DNA of 64,000 bases, from positions 1 to 64,000 of the IMG/VR virus record IMGVR_UViG_3300031521_000033; one strand, given 5' to 3'. Each line of letters opens with the position of its first letter. Position 1 is the first letter of the stretch. Source of the DNA: a virus. Shown one piece after another: positions 41,971 through 54,058 of the stretch. The notes beneath the pieces were generated by a model that was not told where the DNA came from, did no database searches, and saw only the letters and a list, made by a program, of their open reading frames with translations. The position numbers were made by a program, and so were the translations under genes.

Positions 41971-44900
41971 TTAATCCTCTTTTTTCAACTCTATTAATTT
42001 TCCACCTTCATCAAAAGTGTATTCTTGACCATACCATACGAAGCTATATACTGCATCACAGATCAATTGAGCTTTTAAATCATTACCAGCACTTACCATG
42101 CATTCCTCTAATATCTTACCAACTTCTTGTGCATGCTCAACTGGGCATTCCATAATAATTTCATCATAAATCTGTAATAACATATGTGCATCTAATTCTT
42201 TTAACCGCCGATCTCCAGCTATTGTCCTATTGTATACTGCAATCATAGCCTTTTTTGTTAAATCTGCTGCTGTACCCTGAATCGGCGAGTTGAAACTTTG
42301 ACGTGTTGCCTGTGCAATAAACCCACCATTTTGTCTAATATTAACATGCTTTGTTCTTGCTTGCCTAATAATTTCATCTTTTTCTTTGTATGATCTTGTT
42401 TGGCTTAATGCTGTTAAATATGATGCTTTAATCTCATCTGATACATTTTCACCAAATTCAAAATCAGGTAATTGAATATCAGGAAGTCTACGTTTTCTTC
42501 CAAAAAATGTTTCTACATATCCGTTTAGTTTTGCACTAATTACAACATTTTCTAAATATCTTGAAAGTTCAGGATAAGCTCTTAAAACTGCATCTTGTAT
42601 TTCTTGTGCCTTTTTATTATCAACATGTAATTCTTCTGCAATTGCCGGTATTCCTTTTCCATAGATGATGCCAAGGCAAACTTTTTTGGCTTTGTTTCTT
42701 CTGTCCTTGCCTTCTTTATATGTTGTCCCATCTGCATTCTTTTCAACACATTCTTCATACTTAAATCCAAATGCAATACTTGCTACTGCTGAATAAATGT
42801 CCTTCTTATCTGCAAATGCCTTTAACATTTTATGATCATCTGCAATTGATGCAACTGCCATCATTTCCTGTTGCGAAAAATCACACCCTACAAATATCAT
42901 TCCATCTGTTGCTTTAAACATTGTTCTAATTTCTTCATTGTGACTTGGAATATTACTCAGATTTGGTTTTTTACATGTAAACCTTCCTGTATTATGACAT
43001 ATAACAGAATTAGCTATAAAGCTGTGCGTATTTGGCACATGAAAATCATATACATCATTTGTTCCAGTCTCAATTTTTGTAACTGGTAAATAAATATAGT
43101 TACAATACTGTAATGGTTTATCCATTTTATTAGTTGACATTGCACATGCCTTTTTTGTTTCAATCACCCCTACTTCCGTTATAAATGTATTGTAGCTAAA
43201 CCTTGATATTGTTATTCTATTATATTTATATTCGTGATATTTACTGTCAGTTCTGTTTATAGCAGATAGTATACCATAATTTAGTAAAGACCCCTGTATA
43301 AATTTAGCCGTTACATCATCTGTTATACTTAATTTTAATCTGTTCCCACATAAAGAGCTATCAAGTGTACACCCCTTAATAAATGCCTTTATAACACTCC
43401 ATGGGGACATTCTAATTTCTTTACATACTTTTTTATTCCTTGCCCCATGTTTAATATAATCATCAAACCATGAAATACCTTTGCTAGATACATATGTTTC
43501 CATTGTTGTATTTGCCTTTATAGTTTTACCATTTATACCGAATACACTGTTAAATAAGTATTTAACCCTGTTAATTACATCAGGATCATCATTTGATATT
43601 CTTATAGTATATGATCCATTTGATGTTCTTATACTACCATCTGCATTGTACACACCAAGTAATTCTGCTAATTCTTCTGTCATCACACCTGGTTTACTTT
43701 TTGGTATTACTTTACTTCGTGTGGTGGGAATATATGATGATTTTGAAAGGTTTACATAGTTAGCTGGGAACTTTTTAAACCCAAATGGTATTTCAACCAA
43801 ATCACCAATTGTTAGATCCTTTAGTAGTCTGAACTTTCCGGTTGTATACAACTTCTTGTCATAATTTATTCCTCGGTTAGTATGTCTATTAGCTAGTGTA
43901 TACCCCGACACTCTAATAGGATGATGGGGCGTTCCCTCAATTGTAATTCCCATTCTTGTAGTTATTTTAATCGTATCTATACTACTAAATTTTATAACCT
44001 TTGATGCTACTTCATACTCACAATCCTTATTCACAATTATAGTGTCCGTTGATTTAAAGGTATTATCCTCCACATTGCCAACTATATCCGATATTTCCTC
44101 ATACCCCTTAGAGGTAATTACTAGACTTTCCCCCGTAATGCAGTCAGCACCTACCGTATTGTAATTACCATGTATTCGTCCGTCACCTGCTTTAGCATTT
44201 TCAATTAGTGGATCTATATATGTTCCAATTAATTTGCTAATTCCTCTAATATTTAAAATAGCCTTTGCAATTGGTATTTCTGGTATTGTTTCTAATACTT
44301 CCACACCCGTTGGTCTTGTCATTTTCTTTGTCTTTTTATCCCGGACTGGCTTTAATACTTTAAGAACATCATAAAACATTGTAGCCAATTGCTGTGGGCT
44401 TGCTGGATTTGGTGGATATTCAATATTGTTGTGCTTTGTCTGGCATTGATACATTTTAATTTCTGGTTCTAATTCCGCGCAGCATCTTAAATATTCTTCA
44501 TGGTATTTCTTACCAATATTATCATATTTAATCTTTAATTCATATGCCCTTGCTAAGTCTAATTCTATCCCTCTGTCCATCATTTCTGCTGTTGGTGTTA
44601 ATACTGGTATTTCAATATTATAGAATATATCACAAACCCTGTCCAGCTTTTGTTTAATACATTCTGGTGTTCCCTTTGTAAGATATGGAAGTTGAAATCC
44701 AAATAATTCAAATGTCATTTCAGCATCATGTGCCGCGTATGGATAGCCTGTTTCAATTGGTAACATTGGAAATGGGATACCATCAAATAATTCGCCAAAC
44801 TTGAATATGTCTGCTTTACCATTTAATATATATTTGTTATGTAAAAATTTTAACCCATGTTCATCTTCATTTTCATTTAACAATCTCGATGCAATATATG

Positions 44901-45438
44901 TATCCCAATAACATGGTAAAATAACTCCTACTTGATGTTTAATTACTCTTCTATCAAACATGTAATTATGCCAAATAATTTTAATATTTAAATCAACAAT
45001 CATTTGCATAGCCTTTTTTATATCTTTAATAGATATTTGATTATCTACTTTTGCTCCTGTAATATATGATACATGATTTATTGGAATATAGCAAGCAACT
45101 TGTGAAGGTGAATATAAACTTATTCCTGCAATAACATCTTTGAATACATCTAATCCGCTTGTTTCTGTATCCATTGCGATTATTTCATCTTTTGTCGCTC
45201 TATCTATATATTCAAATAATTCATTTGCATCTCTAATTACATAATACTTTGCTTTATACTCCGCAAGACTGCTTTCTACCATAGCTTTAATTCCGGCTAT
45301 CTTATCAATTAGTGAATTTCCACCCTTTAGTCTTACCTTTGCACCCATACTCTCAATATCTGACGTCTTGCTTAATAGTAAAGAATCCCTACTCGAACTA
45401 TTGGCTCTTGTAGGGATCTTAACACTAAATAGACTCAA
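41971..45438 (-). CDS. polA: Family A DNA polymerase with 3'-5' exonuclease, intein-containing
   Basis: Exo DTETSGL, WHN..FD, YAAHDA; motif A DFSQQE, motif B RNKAKKVCLGIIYG, NSPIQGTAAD, motif C QIYDE. Confidence 0.95.
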   Translation of the reverse strand: MSLFSVKIPTRANSSSRDSLLLSKTSDIESMGAKVRLKGGNSLIDKIAGIKAMVESSLAEYKAKYYVIRDANELFEYIDRATKDEIIAMDTETSGLDVFKDVIAGISLYSPSQVACYIPINHVSYITGAKVDNQISIKDIKKAMQMIVDLNIKIIWHNYMFDRRVIKHQVGVILPCYWDTYIASRLLNENEDEHGLKFLHNKYILNGKADIFKFGELFDGIPFPMLPIETGYPYAAHDAEMTFELFGFQLPYLTKGTPECIKQKLDRVCDIFYNIEIPVLTPTAEMMDRGIELDLARAYELKIKYDNIGKKYHEEYLRCCAELEPEIKMYQCQTKHNNIEYPPNPASPQQLATMFYDVLKVLKPVRDKKTKKMTRPTGVEVLETIPEIPIAKAILNIRGISKLIGTYIDPLIENAKAGDGRIHGNYNTVGADCITGESLVITSKGYEEISDIVGNVEDNTFKSTDTIIVNKDCEYEVASKVIKFSSIDTIKITTRMGITIEGTPHHPIRVSGYTLANRHTNRGINYDKKLYTTGKFRLLKDLTIGDLVEIPFGFKKFPANYVNLSKSSYIPTTRSKVIPKSKPGVMTEELAELLGVYNADGSIRTSNGSYTIRISNDDPDVINRVKYLFNSVFGINGKTIKANTTMETYVSSKGISWFDDYIKHGARNKKVCKEIRMSPWSVIKAFIKGCTLDSSLCGNRLKLSITDDVTAKFIQGSLLNYGILSAINRTDSKYHEYKYNRITISRFSYNTFITEVGVIETKKACAMSTNKMDKPLQYCNYIYLPVTKIETGTNDVYDFHVPNTHSFIANSVICHNTGRFTCKKPNLSNIPSHNEEIRTMFKATDGMIFVGCDFSQQEMMAVASIADDHKMLKAFADKKDIYSAVASIAFGFKYEECVEKNADGTTYKEGKDRRNKAKKVCLGIIYGKGIPAIAEELHVDNKKAQEIQDAVLRAYPELSRYLENVVISAKLNGYVETFFGRKRRLPDIQLPDFEFGENVSDEIKASYLTALSQTRSYKEKDEIIRQARTKHVNIRQNGGFIAQATRQSFNSPIQGTAADLTKKAMIAVYNRTIAGDRRLKELDAHMLLQIYDEIIMECPVEHAQEVGKILEECMVSAGNDLKAQLICDAVYSFVWYGQEYTFDEGGKLIELKKED
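42991..44142 (-). mobile_element. Intein (384 aa) with LAGLIDADG endonuclease in PolA
   Basis: GAD|CITGESLV ... TPHH ... LLGVYNADGS ... VYDFHVPNTHSFIANSVICHN|TGRF. Confidence 0.95.
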
Positions 45439-45441
45439 ACT

Positions 45442-46302
45442 TTAAAAGTCTACCTTTGGAGTTGGTCTGTGTCTTGGTTGTACTTTTGTTTGTACAGGCG
45501 GTTGTTCAGGTGCTTTAGATGGAGGTTCAACTGCCGTTGCTGGTGGTGTTGCTGCAATTGGTTGTTTGGTCGGTTCTGATTTAACTTCTGTACTCGGTGC
45601 TACTGTTGCAGACGGAATTGAATTAAATGGCAAAAATCCCTGCTCGATATAACAATTCATTTGGTCTGCACTTGCATCCATCAATGTTGTTCCTAAAATT
45701 TCAGGTACTTCATATTGTACTAAAAGTGCTTCAATATCTTCTTTTGTTACCGGTGGGTAAGGTGTTCCATTTTCATCTGAATCACATGCATATAATTTGT
45801 ATGTAGTCTGCAAATCAGATCCAATACGTTCAATTTCAATTACTTTACCATATAAAGGTAAATTACGTTTTGCATATGGACTTAATTCATCTTTTACCCA
45901 ACCCATACCGCGTTCAAAATACTCATACTGATTGGTATTAATATTAACTAATTTTAAGAATACCTTTGCGTGTCTATGTCGACTATCCGATTTTCCATCT
46001 TCGCCTTTAAGGTGATTATATTCTTTACAAAATGGGCAATCATCGACGTGTCTGCCGTCCTCATTTAGACAATTTACTTCTTTCCAATATTTAACACCTT
46101 TTTTGTTCTCACATGGCACTTTATGAATGAAATATGCATCAACATCATCCACTGTAGCAGATAATAATCTAACTCGTGCGGTTTCATTTGATTTTTTTAG
46201 TGAAAAATATGGATAAAACTTAACTGGTGTACGTTCTGCACCGTCGTTTGCTTCTCTTGCTTCTTGATATGCCTGATATTGTCCAATATTAATTCTAGCC
46301 AT
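45442..46302 (-). CDS. Single-stranded DNA-binding protein (gp32-like)
   Basis: ARVRLL, H..C..CPFC Zn motif, IERIG..LQTTY, low-complexity tail ending in F; upstream of the polymerase. Confidence 0.7.
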   Translation of the reverse strand: MARINIGQYQAYQEAREANDGAERTPVKFYPYFSLKKSNETARVRLLSATVDDVDAYFIHKVPCENKKGVKYWKEVNCLNEDGRHVDDCPFCKEYNHLKGEDGKSDSRHRHAKVFLKLVNINTNQYEYFERGMGWVKDELSPYAKRNLPLYGKVIEIERIGSDLQTTYKLYACDSDENGTPYPPVTKEDIEALLVQYEVPEILGTTLMDASADQMNCYIEQGFLPFNSIPSATVAPSTEVKSEPTKQPIAATPPATAVEPPSKAPEQPPVQTKVQPRHRPTPKVDF

Positions 46303-46820
46303 TATTATTTATCCCCTTTTCTGTGCGCTGGTGCTTTCAGCCGTTTCATTCTGTTTTCTTTTGCCATTTTTGCGAATACCTGTTTGATCATTACGTATGG
46401 TTTATTTACCATTGTTTTCATTTTCATCATCCTTTTTCTTTTTATCATATGAGTTAATTAATGATTTCTTAATGTAGTTAATGCAATTGCTCATCGCATC
46501 TTAATATCCGGCCCTATATGCTTTGCGATTTTTAAGATTTGGCTGATTAAAAATTTTAATCTGATGTTCTTCTAAGTCCTTAATCTGCGATTCTGCAACT
46601 AGATTTAATGTCTTTTGTAGCTCTAATGCTTCTGCTTCTTTCATATGTTATTTTACCTCTTCCACTTCATCTATGCTAAATTCTGTAACAACACCTGCTC
46701 TGTCCATGATATCATCTGCACACATACTATTAAACTTATCTTCTGCATCATCTTCTGACTCTGCATCAATTTCAACACTTTCCCATGAACTTTCCATTTC
46801 AAAATAAACTTTAAATGTTT

Positions 46821-47114
46821 TCAATGTTTTACCACCTTTTCATATTTTTCTTTGAATTTTTCCGCTGGTACTACTGAAATATTTCCTTCATTATCTTTTA
46901 CAATATAATCATTCACTGCCACATGATATAATCCGTTACTATTTTCAAAAAATAGCTCACATGGTTCTCTTCCATCTGTACCTTTATCATAATATAATTG
47001 TCCTAATTCATGCAGTTGAACTGCCCAATCAGGTACATAATACCCATTCTTACCACGTAGATCACCATCATACTGGAATGTACTTACAAGTTCCTCTTTA
47101 CGTTTATAGATCAT
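46821..47114 (-). CDS. Conserved phage protein (PGDYG-like)
   Basis: VNDYIVKDNEGNISVVPAEKFKEKYE. Confidence 0.6.
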   Translation of the reverse strand: MIYKRKEELVSTFQYDGDLRGKNGYYVPDWAVQLHELGQLYYDKGTDGREPCELFFENSNGLYHVAVNDYIVKDNEGNISVVPAEKFKEKYEKVVKH

Positions 47115-47177
47115 TTTATTTCCTCCTTTTCTCTACTCTTATATAATACCATTTTAAAACTACTTTGTCAACTGTTT

Positions 47178-48191
47178 TTATGAATCTTTATATTTTAATA
47201 AAAACTCAGGATTGATTGCCTTGAAACTGATTCGATCATACCGATTATTAGCACAGGTGTAGGTAATAGGTCTAATTACAAGTCCTTCACGTTGAATATC
47301 ACGTAATGCTGATTTTCCTGTTGCCATTTTCACAATACTGTCAATATCATTTGATAGTAAATACTGATCCTCTAAAATAGGCACTGTCCTTAATCTAAGT
47401 TTATCCATAAGTGATACAAATTGTTGATACTGCAGGTATTCTTGTGTGTCAATATTAAATACGTTGAAGAATCTGATGCTATACCCTTTAACATCATATT
47501 TATTTTTTTGAATGCCCTCCCCAATTAATTCCCCCTGCAGCATAATATTTGGTAATACATCATGTACACTCCATAATTTATCTTCGAAATCAAGTAATCT
47601 CGCGATATTCCAGTATAAATTATTTTCTGTTTCTTTTAAATCAATATTTCTACTGCATACTCCAAATACACCATCTTTAAGATAACATGTAAAACTTGTT
47701 CCATCTAATTTTTCGGTAACATAACATCTTACACCCTTGTTATCATTTAATAGTCGCTGCAAATTTTGTACTCGGGTTTCATCACTTTTTGGAATCCATT
47801 CTGGAAATAACCCTTTTGCTTCGCCTCTTAAATTAGCAGGTAATTTTGGTTCATATTTTGTTGCACCAATTATTTCAGTTACATCTTGATCTTCCATATA
47901 TTCCCCCGGCGGTAGAATACTGTCTGGAAACACAATCCCTTGACTAATTTGTTTCCGAAGTCTAATTGTTCTAATCCTTTGCATATTGCCTTGGCTGTTC
48001 TTTAAAAACTCAAACTCTGGTTTGTCTGGCATAATTGTATCTACTTCTGCATATACAACATCATCACCCACTTTGAATTGATCTTTTAATACAACTACAT
48101 GCCAACCAAGAATTGTTGCCACTTCAATTTTATCTGCCCCTTCAATTGGCTGAATATCTAGTACTCTTTGAATGCTCACTAAATTTCTCAT
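47178..48191 (-). CDS. RNA ligase, DRB0094/Rnl2-like
   Basis: N-terminal PIEGADKIEVA..GWHVVV, RLRKQISQG, motif I TEKLDGTS, QGELIG, REGLV, SFKAIN. Confidence 0.92.
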   Translation of the reverse strand: MRNLVSIQRVLDIQPIEGADKIEVATILGWHVVVLKDQFKVGDDVVYAEVDTIMPDKPEFEFLKNSQGNMQRIRTIRLRKQISQGIVFPDSILPPGEYMEDQDVTEIIGATKYEPKLPANLRGEAKGLFPEWIPKSDETRVQNLQRLLNDNKGVRCYVTEKLDGTSFTCYLKDGVFGVCSRNIDLKETENNLYWNIARLLDFEDKLWSVHDVLPNIMLQGELIGEGIQKNKYDVKGYSIRFFNVFNIDTQEYLQYQQFVSLMDKLRLRTVPILEDQYLLSNDIDSIVKMATGKSALRDIQREGLVIRPITYTCANNRYDRISFKAINPEFLLKYKDS

Positions 48192-49323
48192 TTATTCATC
48201 CTCCCATTCCACGTCTGGATACTTGTTTTTAAGAAATTCAATATTGCTTCGCATATTTTTATACCACTGAATATCATAATCTTTCTGTTTTAATTCCTTA
48301 TTACTACGTACTTTTTCTAATTCTTCACGTACTAAAATTTTGTACTCATCTTCACAAAAACCTGTAATTGCCATAAATGCCTTTTTTGCATCCCTGTTAG
48401 TCAAAGACTGTAGAAATTCATCTCTATCAACTGGTTCATTTTCTATGTCGTTATCATCTTCTGAATGGTCTATTGTAATGTACATTGGATAAATACATAC
48501 ATTTTTTTCATTGTCCTCTACCACAATATATGAAATTGAATTTCCTTCCGGCAATCCAGAATATGTATCATAAATATGTGGAAAATGTACACCAATAAGC
48601 GTTTTTCCCTTTAGAGAACAATCACTACTCAATATAATAAGTTCTTTCATTAATATCTACCTCCAATTTTAAAATGTTGTTGTATGCTATCCCTAATTAG
48701 CCTTTTAATTTCATCCTCGTTATCGTCAACGTATTCTTCAATATATACTGATAGCGGACCAAAATCAATTGCATTCCTAACTTGTTCTCTAAGTTCATCT
48801 TTAATTATTGATCTTATTGTATCATCATCAATCTCATTTGCAATCTTACTAAATCTTTCTGCAAGTGGTTTTAAAACAATATATTTTTCTGTTTGATTAT
48901 TCATTTTCTAATCTCCTTATACGTATTAATTGAAAGTGCAACACACGATTTCCATGGATATTTACAAATAATCTGTTCACATCTTGTTATTTCTTTGGCT
49001 TGTTCATCTTCATCAAGCTTATCAAAATTATCAATATCCCATATAAGACTATCTAATAATTCATCCCAATCATCGTGCCTAAAATAAATTGTCCCATCCT
49101 TTGTAAAATACTTATCTATATATACTGCTGCTATTTCTCCTCTGAGTTCCCCATGGGAGTCTTGTTCACTTGGAAACATTGGTATTACTTCAAGTTCTGG
49201 ATACTCTTTATTTAATTGTGCTAACTTTTCAATTAACACCTTCTGGTCCATAAGTTTATTCAATTTATTCATTTTTATTATCTCCTTCCTTTTGTTATAT
49301 AATATCACGATACACAACAAAAG

Positions 49324-50337
49324 TCAACAAAAATATTTAATTAATTTTTCAAACTCTTCTTTTTCTAAATCATTTATATCTCTACCTTCGGGAACACTAA
49401 CATAATTTATCAACTTACAGTTTATCAATGCTTTTGTAATTCTGTCTTTTCCTTTATGTCCTGCTGTGTCATTATCTAATGCTATAATATATTTCCTTAC
49501 AGGTAGTTGTTTTAATTGTTCACACTGTGCTTTATTGCCTGTTCCATTTAATGCTACTGCATATTTACCATAACTCCAAATTGTCAATGCATTTATAATA
49601 CTTTCACAAATATAAACCTCATTTGGATATTCCTCTAATTGACTCAATTCATAAATTCCATATAATGGTTTTTCTACCCCAACTGGATAATTAAACATCT
49701 TTTTATCAATTGCTCTTCTTGCAATAAATAATACCTTTCCAGTTTTATCTCGGACAGGAAATGTTATGCATTCAATTTCGTTCCCATCTTCAACTAATTT
49801 GAATGATTTATCATACCCAACATCAAATCTTTCAATGGTTTCATCATTTAACCTTCTTTCATACATATATGGATGTGTAAAACGGTATGAATCCAATTCT
49901 ACCTCACTCACGCTGTCTGTACTAGTTTTTTCTACATTGCGTGATAGATTGCATAAGTCTATAGGCTTTCTATCGTCTACGGCAATTGTGAGGAACGTTT
50001 CTAAAAGCCACTTCTTACCAAACATTCCCATATCGTCATAGCCAAAACAATTGGATACTAATTCTTCAAAACTCTTTGTTGTCTTACATGTTTGACAATT
50101 AAATGTTCCAGCTAATACGGGTTCATTACTTCTCATGATATCCCTTGTTAAAATTCCCGCACTTGGATGACGCTCTTGACCATTTTTGTGGTAAGGGCAA
50201 GTTACCATGATGTTATCCCCACTTGATTTTATATCTCTAAATAATAGTAAGGGGTTATCCATATTAACTTGCCGCTTCAACTCTTTTATAATTGTCATTT
50301 CTGATTCAAGCAATGGATGGTTTGATACCTTGATCAT
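49324..50337 (-). CDS. dnaG: DNA primase (DnaG-like, Zn finger + TOPRIM)
   Basis: CPYH...C..C, ICESIINAL, ALDNDTAG, DINDL. Confidence 0.9.
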   Translation of the reverse strand: MIKVSNHPLLESEMTIIKELKRQVNMDNPLLLFRDIKSSGDNIMVTCPYHKNGQERHPSAGILTRDIMRSNEPVLAGTFNCQTCKTTKSFEELVSNCFGYDDMGMFGKKWLLETFLTIAVDDRKPIDLCNLSRNVEKTSTDSVSEVELDSYRFTHPYMYERRLNDETIERFDVGYDKSFKLVEDGNEIECITFPVRDKTGKVLFIARRAIDKKMFNYPVGVEKPLYGIYELSQLEEYPNEVYICESIINALTIWSYGKYAVALNGTGNKAQCEQLKQLPVRKYIIALDNDTAGHKGKDRITKALINCKLINYVSVPEGRDINDLEKEEFEKLIKYFC

Positions 50338-51278
50338 TTAATCTCTTCCCATTTAATTTTAACCATTCCCAATACTGCTTCCTCTGCACTCATTTGGACA
50401 GCATGGTCAAAATACCCTCTGCCCTGATTCTCTAATTCCGGTACGTTCATTTCAAATTCAATTGGTTCATTTAATGATATGATTACTTTAACTAGCATTA
50501 AAACATCTCCTTGTATGGTATAAATTTTCTAAAATTTGCTACCAATCCACTACGAGGTAATTCAATATAATCATTTCCATTTTGCAATCGCAGTAATCCT
50601 GATATATCTTCCTTACCGGTGTACCCACAATATTCCCAAATTGAACCTCTTAAGATGGTGTACCACATATATTCTTCATACCTTGGCATCCTAAACTGTC
50701 TTATACATTTGTAAAACATATCTAATCCCCCTTTATATGTACGTTTGTATACCCACAATCATCACATCTTGTTACAATTATATCCTCAATTTTACCTCTG
50801 TACACATCTTCCTTGCCATAAAAGGCTACCGCATCACAGCAACCCTCAATGATATTTTCCGATTTGCAGAATGGGCATTTTATGAATCTTGTATCGCTTA
50901 CACCTTCTAAAAATTCCTTTAATTGCTTAAACTTTGCAACTTCTTCAATCTCTTCATCAAATACTGCGACTTCATTTTTAGTGTTGTAGCTTTTAACTGC
51001 AAATTCTAACATCCTTCTTCTCCGTGTTAACCATGGTTTATGTTTTCCCATTTACTCACCCTTAAAAATGTGCCTTTACATATTCACAACTTTTGCAATA
51101 ACTAAAATATATATTGTCTACAATGCTTCCATAGTTTGCACTCCACTCTGCTGACATCTCACCATTACATATCGGGCATCTTTCTACATCATACACCAAT
51201 GAATTCAATAATGCAATAGCTAATGTTAAACTCTTTACTTCTTCACTGTTTGTACACCTTTTCATGGCTGCATATAAA

Positions 51279-51782
51279 TCATGAGATGCTTTTGTTACAT
51301 CTGTTGTCATTAATTTTCCCCCTCATCATATCTGTTACTATGTTACTTTTAATCCTTTCTGGATGTAAAATATACTTATTTGAATGAATAAATTTTATTT
51401 TTTCCTCTACCGTTAGACATATTTTACTATATTTAAATAGTTTATACATATCAACCCTTCCTAAATAAATAAATTTAGTTGGAGTAATAAACCAATGTTC
51501 ACTATTTTCTCGAAAATCCGAACAGTTTGGAGGTATATATGGAACTTCCTCTGTAAAATACAAATAAGGGTTTTCGTGAAAATACTTCTTAAAATCATCC
51601 ATTGCTGGTTTTTCTATTCCCATAATACCTCTCAAGCAATTAAGTACTGTATCCGACACACATATTCTAGGAATATCACCCTCTTCTGATCTACACCAAT
51701 TATACTCTTCGGCCGCCTTTGGTATTGATGGTTTTATAGTTGGTTTCTTACCTGTAAACTCTCTTCTGACGTGATACCACAT
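51279..51782 (-). CDS. Conserved phage protein, possible ADP-ribosyltransferase fold
   Basis: WYH ... PRICVSDTVLNCL ... D...SEHW pattern; weak. Confidence 0.35.
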   Translation of the reverse strand: MWYHVRREFTGKKPTIKPSIPKAAEEYNWCRSEEGDIPRICVSDTVLNCLRGIMGIEKPAMDDFKKYFHENPYLYFTEEVPYIPPNCSDFRENSEHWFITPTKFIYLGRVDMYKLFKYSKICLTVEEKIKFIHSNKYILHPERIKSNIVTDMMRGKINDNRCNKSIS

Positions 51783-51796
51783 CCCTATTTCCTCCC

Positions 51797-53068
51797 CTAA
51801 AATACACTTCCAAAGTTTTCTTTTTGAATTTCCTTTACTTCCTGATCCGGTATTTCTTCAATTGTTGGTATCCATGTAAAAATAGCATGATCAATATCCC
51901 ATGTATATAATACTTTTGATCCTGATTTACCGTATCTGTTTTTCTGTAGTCCTAATTCTAATGCCGGACCACACTGACGAATTGAAATAACCCTTGTTGC
52001 ACTATATGCAATACCATCTGAATCTCTGATATTTTCAAGTGTTACTTCCCCAACTACTCCATCTTTCTGCTTTGTTCCATTACGATTTGACTGCACAACT
52101 GTCAATATAGGAATTTTAAATTCTAACGACAGATTAAATAAATCTCTACTGATATTTGCTAGTGTTGTTGATTTATTATCTCCTCTTGCATATCTTTCAT
52201 CTTCCAAATATGAAATACCATCAATACATAAAAATGTCAAATGGTGAGTTATTATATACTGCCTCAATTTGCTTACTGTTATGGTATCGCCAAAATCATT
52301 TGGTATTGCTACATTAAATTCCTTTTCACTAATCTTTGTTACATTTTTAAGGTAATCTTCATACCCCTCTACCTCTGTACCTGTAATTAAAGCTGTATTT
52401 GAAAAACTTCCAACAACTGTATCAAATCTATACCCAATTGAATTAGCTGACATTTCTGGACTAATAAATCCAACGGTTTCCCCATTCTGCCATGCGGTTA
52501 CAGCTGTTTTTACTAATATTTGAGATTTACCTACGCCACTTCTAGCAAGCAGCACAATTAGTTCTTCACCTTTTAACCAACCATATGTCAATTTATCTAA
52601 TTCAGGAAACCCACTTGCAACTGACCAAATTTCACCATTATGTTTTGCTTTCCATGAATCAAGCCTAGATTGGTTGTGGTGAGCAATATCTATTCCTGTA
52701 ATAGAATATGCAGGTGTTAATGTTTTAGCAGTTTGTAGAAGGTATGACACAGCCTCATTTGCATTTGTAGTCAACAGATTTGCTGATTGCTGAATGACCT
52801 GTACTGTTTCTGTGTATAAATGTTCCTCTCGTAGCCTATCAATTAATGCGACATCTGGTTCTCTCACATCAATAAACTTCCAATTTGGAAACTTATCAAT
52901 GAATGTTTCTTTATCCATTACAACTTTATACTGCTTATAATGACTTATAATACTGTTAAACTCAGTTTCGTACCCAATCATATATTCTGACGTAATTGCA
53001 TTGTCAATAATCATATTGATATTTTTTGATAATAGTACTTTATTTATAAACTGTACTGATGAGATCAC
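51797..53068 (-). CDS. dnaB: Replicative DNA helicase (DnaB-like)
   Basis: ARSGVGKS, SPEM, IDGISYL, QSNR, SDGI, KNRYG. Confidence 0.92.
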   Translation of the reverse strand: MISSVQFINKVLLSKNINMIIDNAITSEYMIGYETEFNSIISHYKQYKVVMDKETFIDKFPNWKFIDVREPDVALIDRLREEHLYTETVQVIQQSANLLTTNANEAVSYLLQTAKTLTPAYSITGIDIAHHNQSRLDSWKAKHNGEIWSVASGFPELDKLTYGWLKGEELIVLLARSGVGKSQILVKTAVTAWQNGETVGFISPEMSANSIGYRFDTVVGSFSNTALITGTEVEGYEDYLKNVTKISEKEFNVAIPNDFGDTITVSKLRQYIITHHLTFLCIDGISYLEDERYARGDNKSTTLANISRDLFNLSLEFKIPILTVVQSNRNGTKQKDGVVGEVTLENIRDSDGIAYSATRVISIRQCGPALELGLQKNRYGKSGSKVLYTWDIDHAIFTWIPTIEEIPDQEVKEIQKENFGSVF

Positions 53069-53763
53069 GTTGCACCACCTGCCTTATAAACTGATCCCTT
53101 GCCACGCATGCCAACACCCTTTAATTCTAATACATAACCACTTTGTACACGATCGCTTACCCTGACATCTATTTTACTATCTAATATATCTGGTGGCAGA
53201 TTTCCTGTAAAGATTGTACTTAAACCATTTGAATATCTGTGATCCACAATACTTGATATTCCTGTATCATCATATTTTGACTGCTCACACGCACCAATAT
53301 CATCTAACACAACAAGTTCTCTTTCTCTTAAATTTGTCATGATCTCTTGTTTCTTTTCTACATTATAAAAATCCTTTAATGATAATAGTAATGTTGGTAC
53401 ATATTCAAACCACGCCCTTGACTTAAATCCATTTCCATAATGACAACATGCCAAATATGCTTGCATTAACTTTATACTCCAAACCGACTTCCCCGAACCA
53501 ACGTTCTCCCCATATAAATATAAAAAGTTACCATTTGATACAAAATTTACAATATCTTTTTTTATATTGGCGAGTTGCACAAATGCATCATAATCACAAT
53601 CCATTGGTGTTAACTTATTTACACCTTGTCGTGCTTTAGGTATATTTGATGTCTTCATAAGATAATCTATCTCCATATATCTTGTGCATGTAAATGTGCA
53701 GTTATCTTTGCAATTTCCATAAAATGGACAACCCTTATCTATATACTTAAATTCATATTCCAA
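53065..53763 (-). CDS. dnaC: DnaC/IstB-like helicase loader
   Basis: GENVGSGKS, LVVLDDIG, R..NGLSTIFTGN, RVSDR. Confidence 0.88.
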   Translation of the reverse strand: MEYEFKYIDKGCPFYGNCKDNCTFTCTRYMEIDYLMKTSNIPKARQGVNKLTPMDCDYDAFVQLANIKKDIVNFVSNGNFLYLYGENVGSGKSVWSIKLMQAYLACCHYGNGFKSRAWFEYVPTLLLSLKDFYNVEKKQEIMTNLRERELVVLDDIGACEQSKYDDTGISSIVDHRYSNGLSTIFTGNLPPDILDSKIDVRVSDRVQSGYVLELKGVGMRGKGSVYKAGGAT

Positions 53764-54058
53764 TTCATCACCTGCTCATAACTGTTTTAACTGTTCTTCA
53801 ACATTCTGCAATCTTCTTTTAAATATTTCTAATAATATGGGACGAATAGCTTCGTTGCATTCTTCATCAAGTTCTACAGTTGTGTGTATTTCATTAAATA
53901 CGGCATGCTTATACTTGTCTACTTTAAACTCATCATATAAAACCTGACATTTTATTACATTTTTTATCTCATTACTAAGTGGTTTAATAATATCTTTCCA
54001 CGCGTTAAATTGCCTAGTCAATTCTTCTACTTTATCTACATTATTAATATCCATTTTC

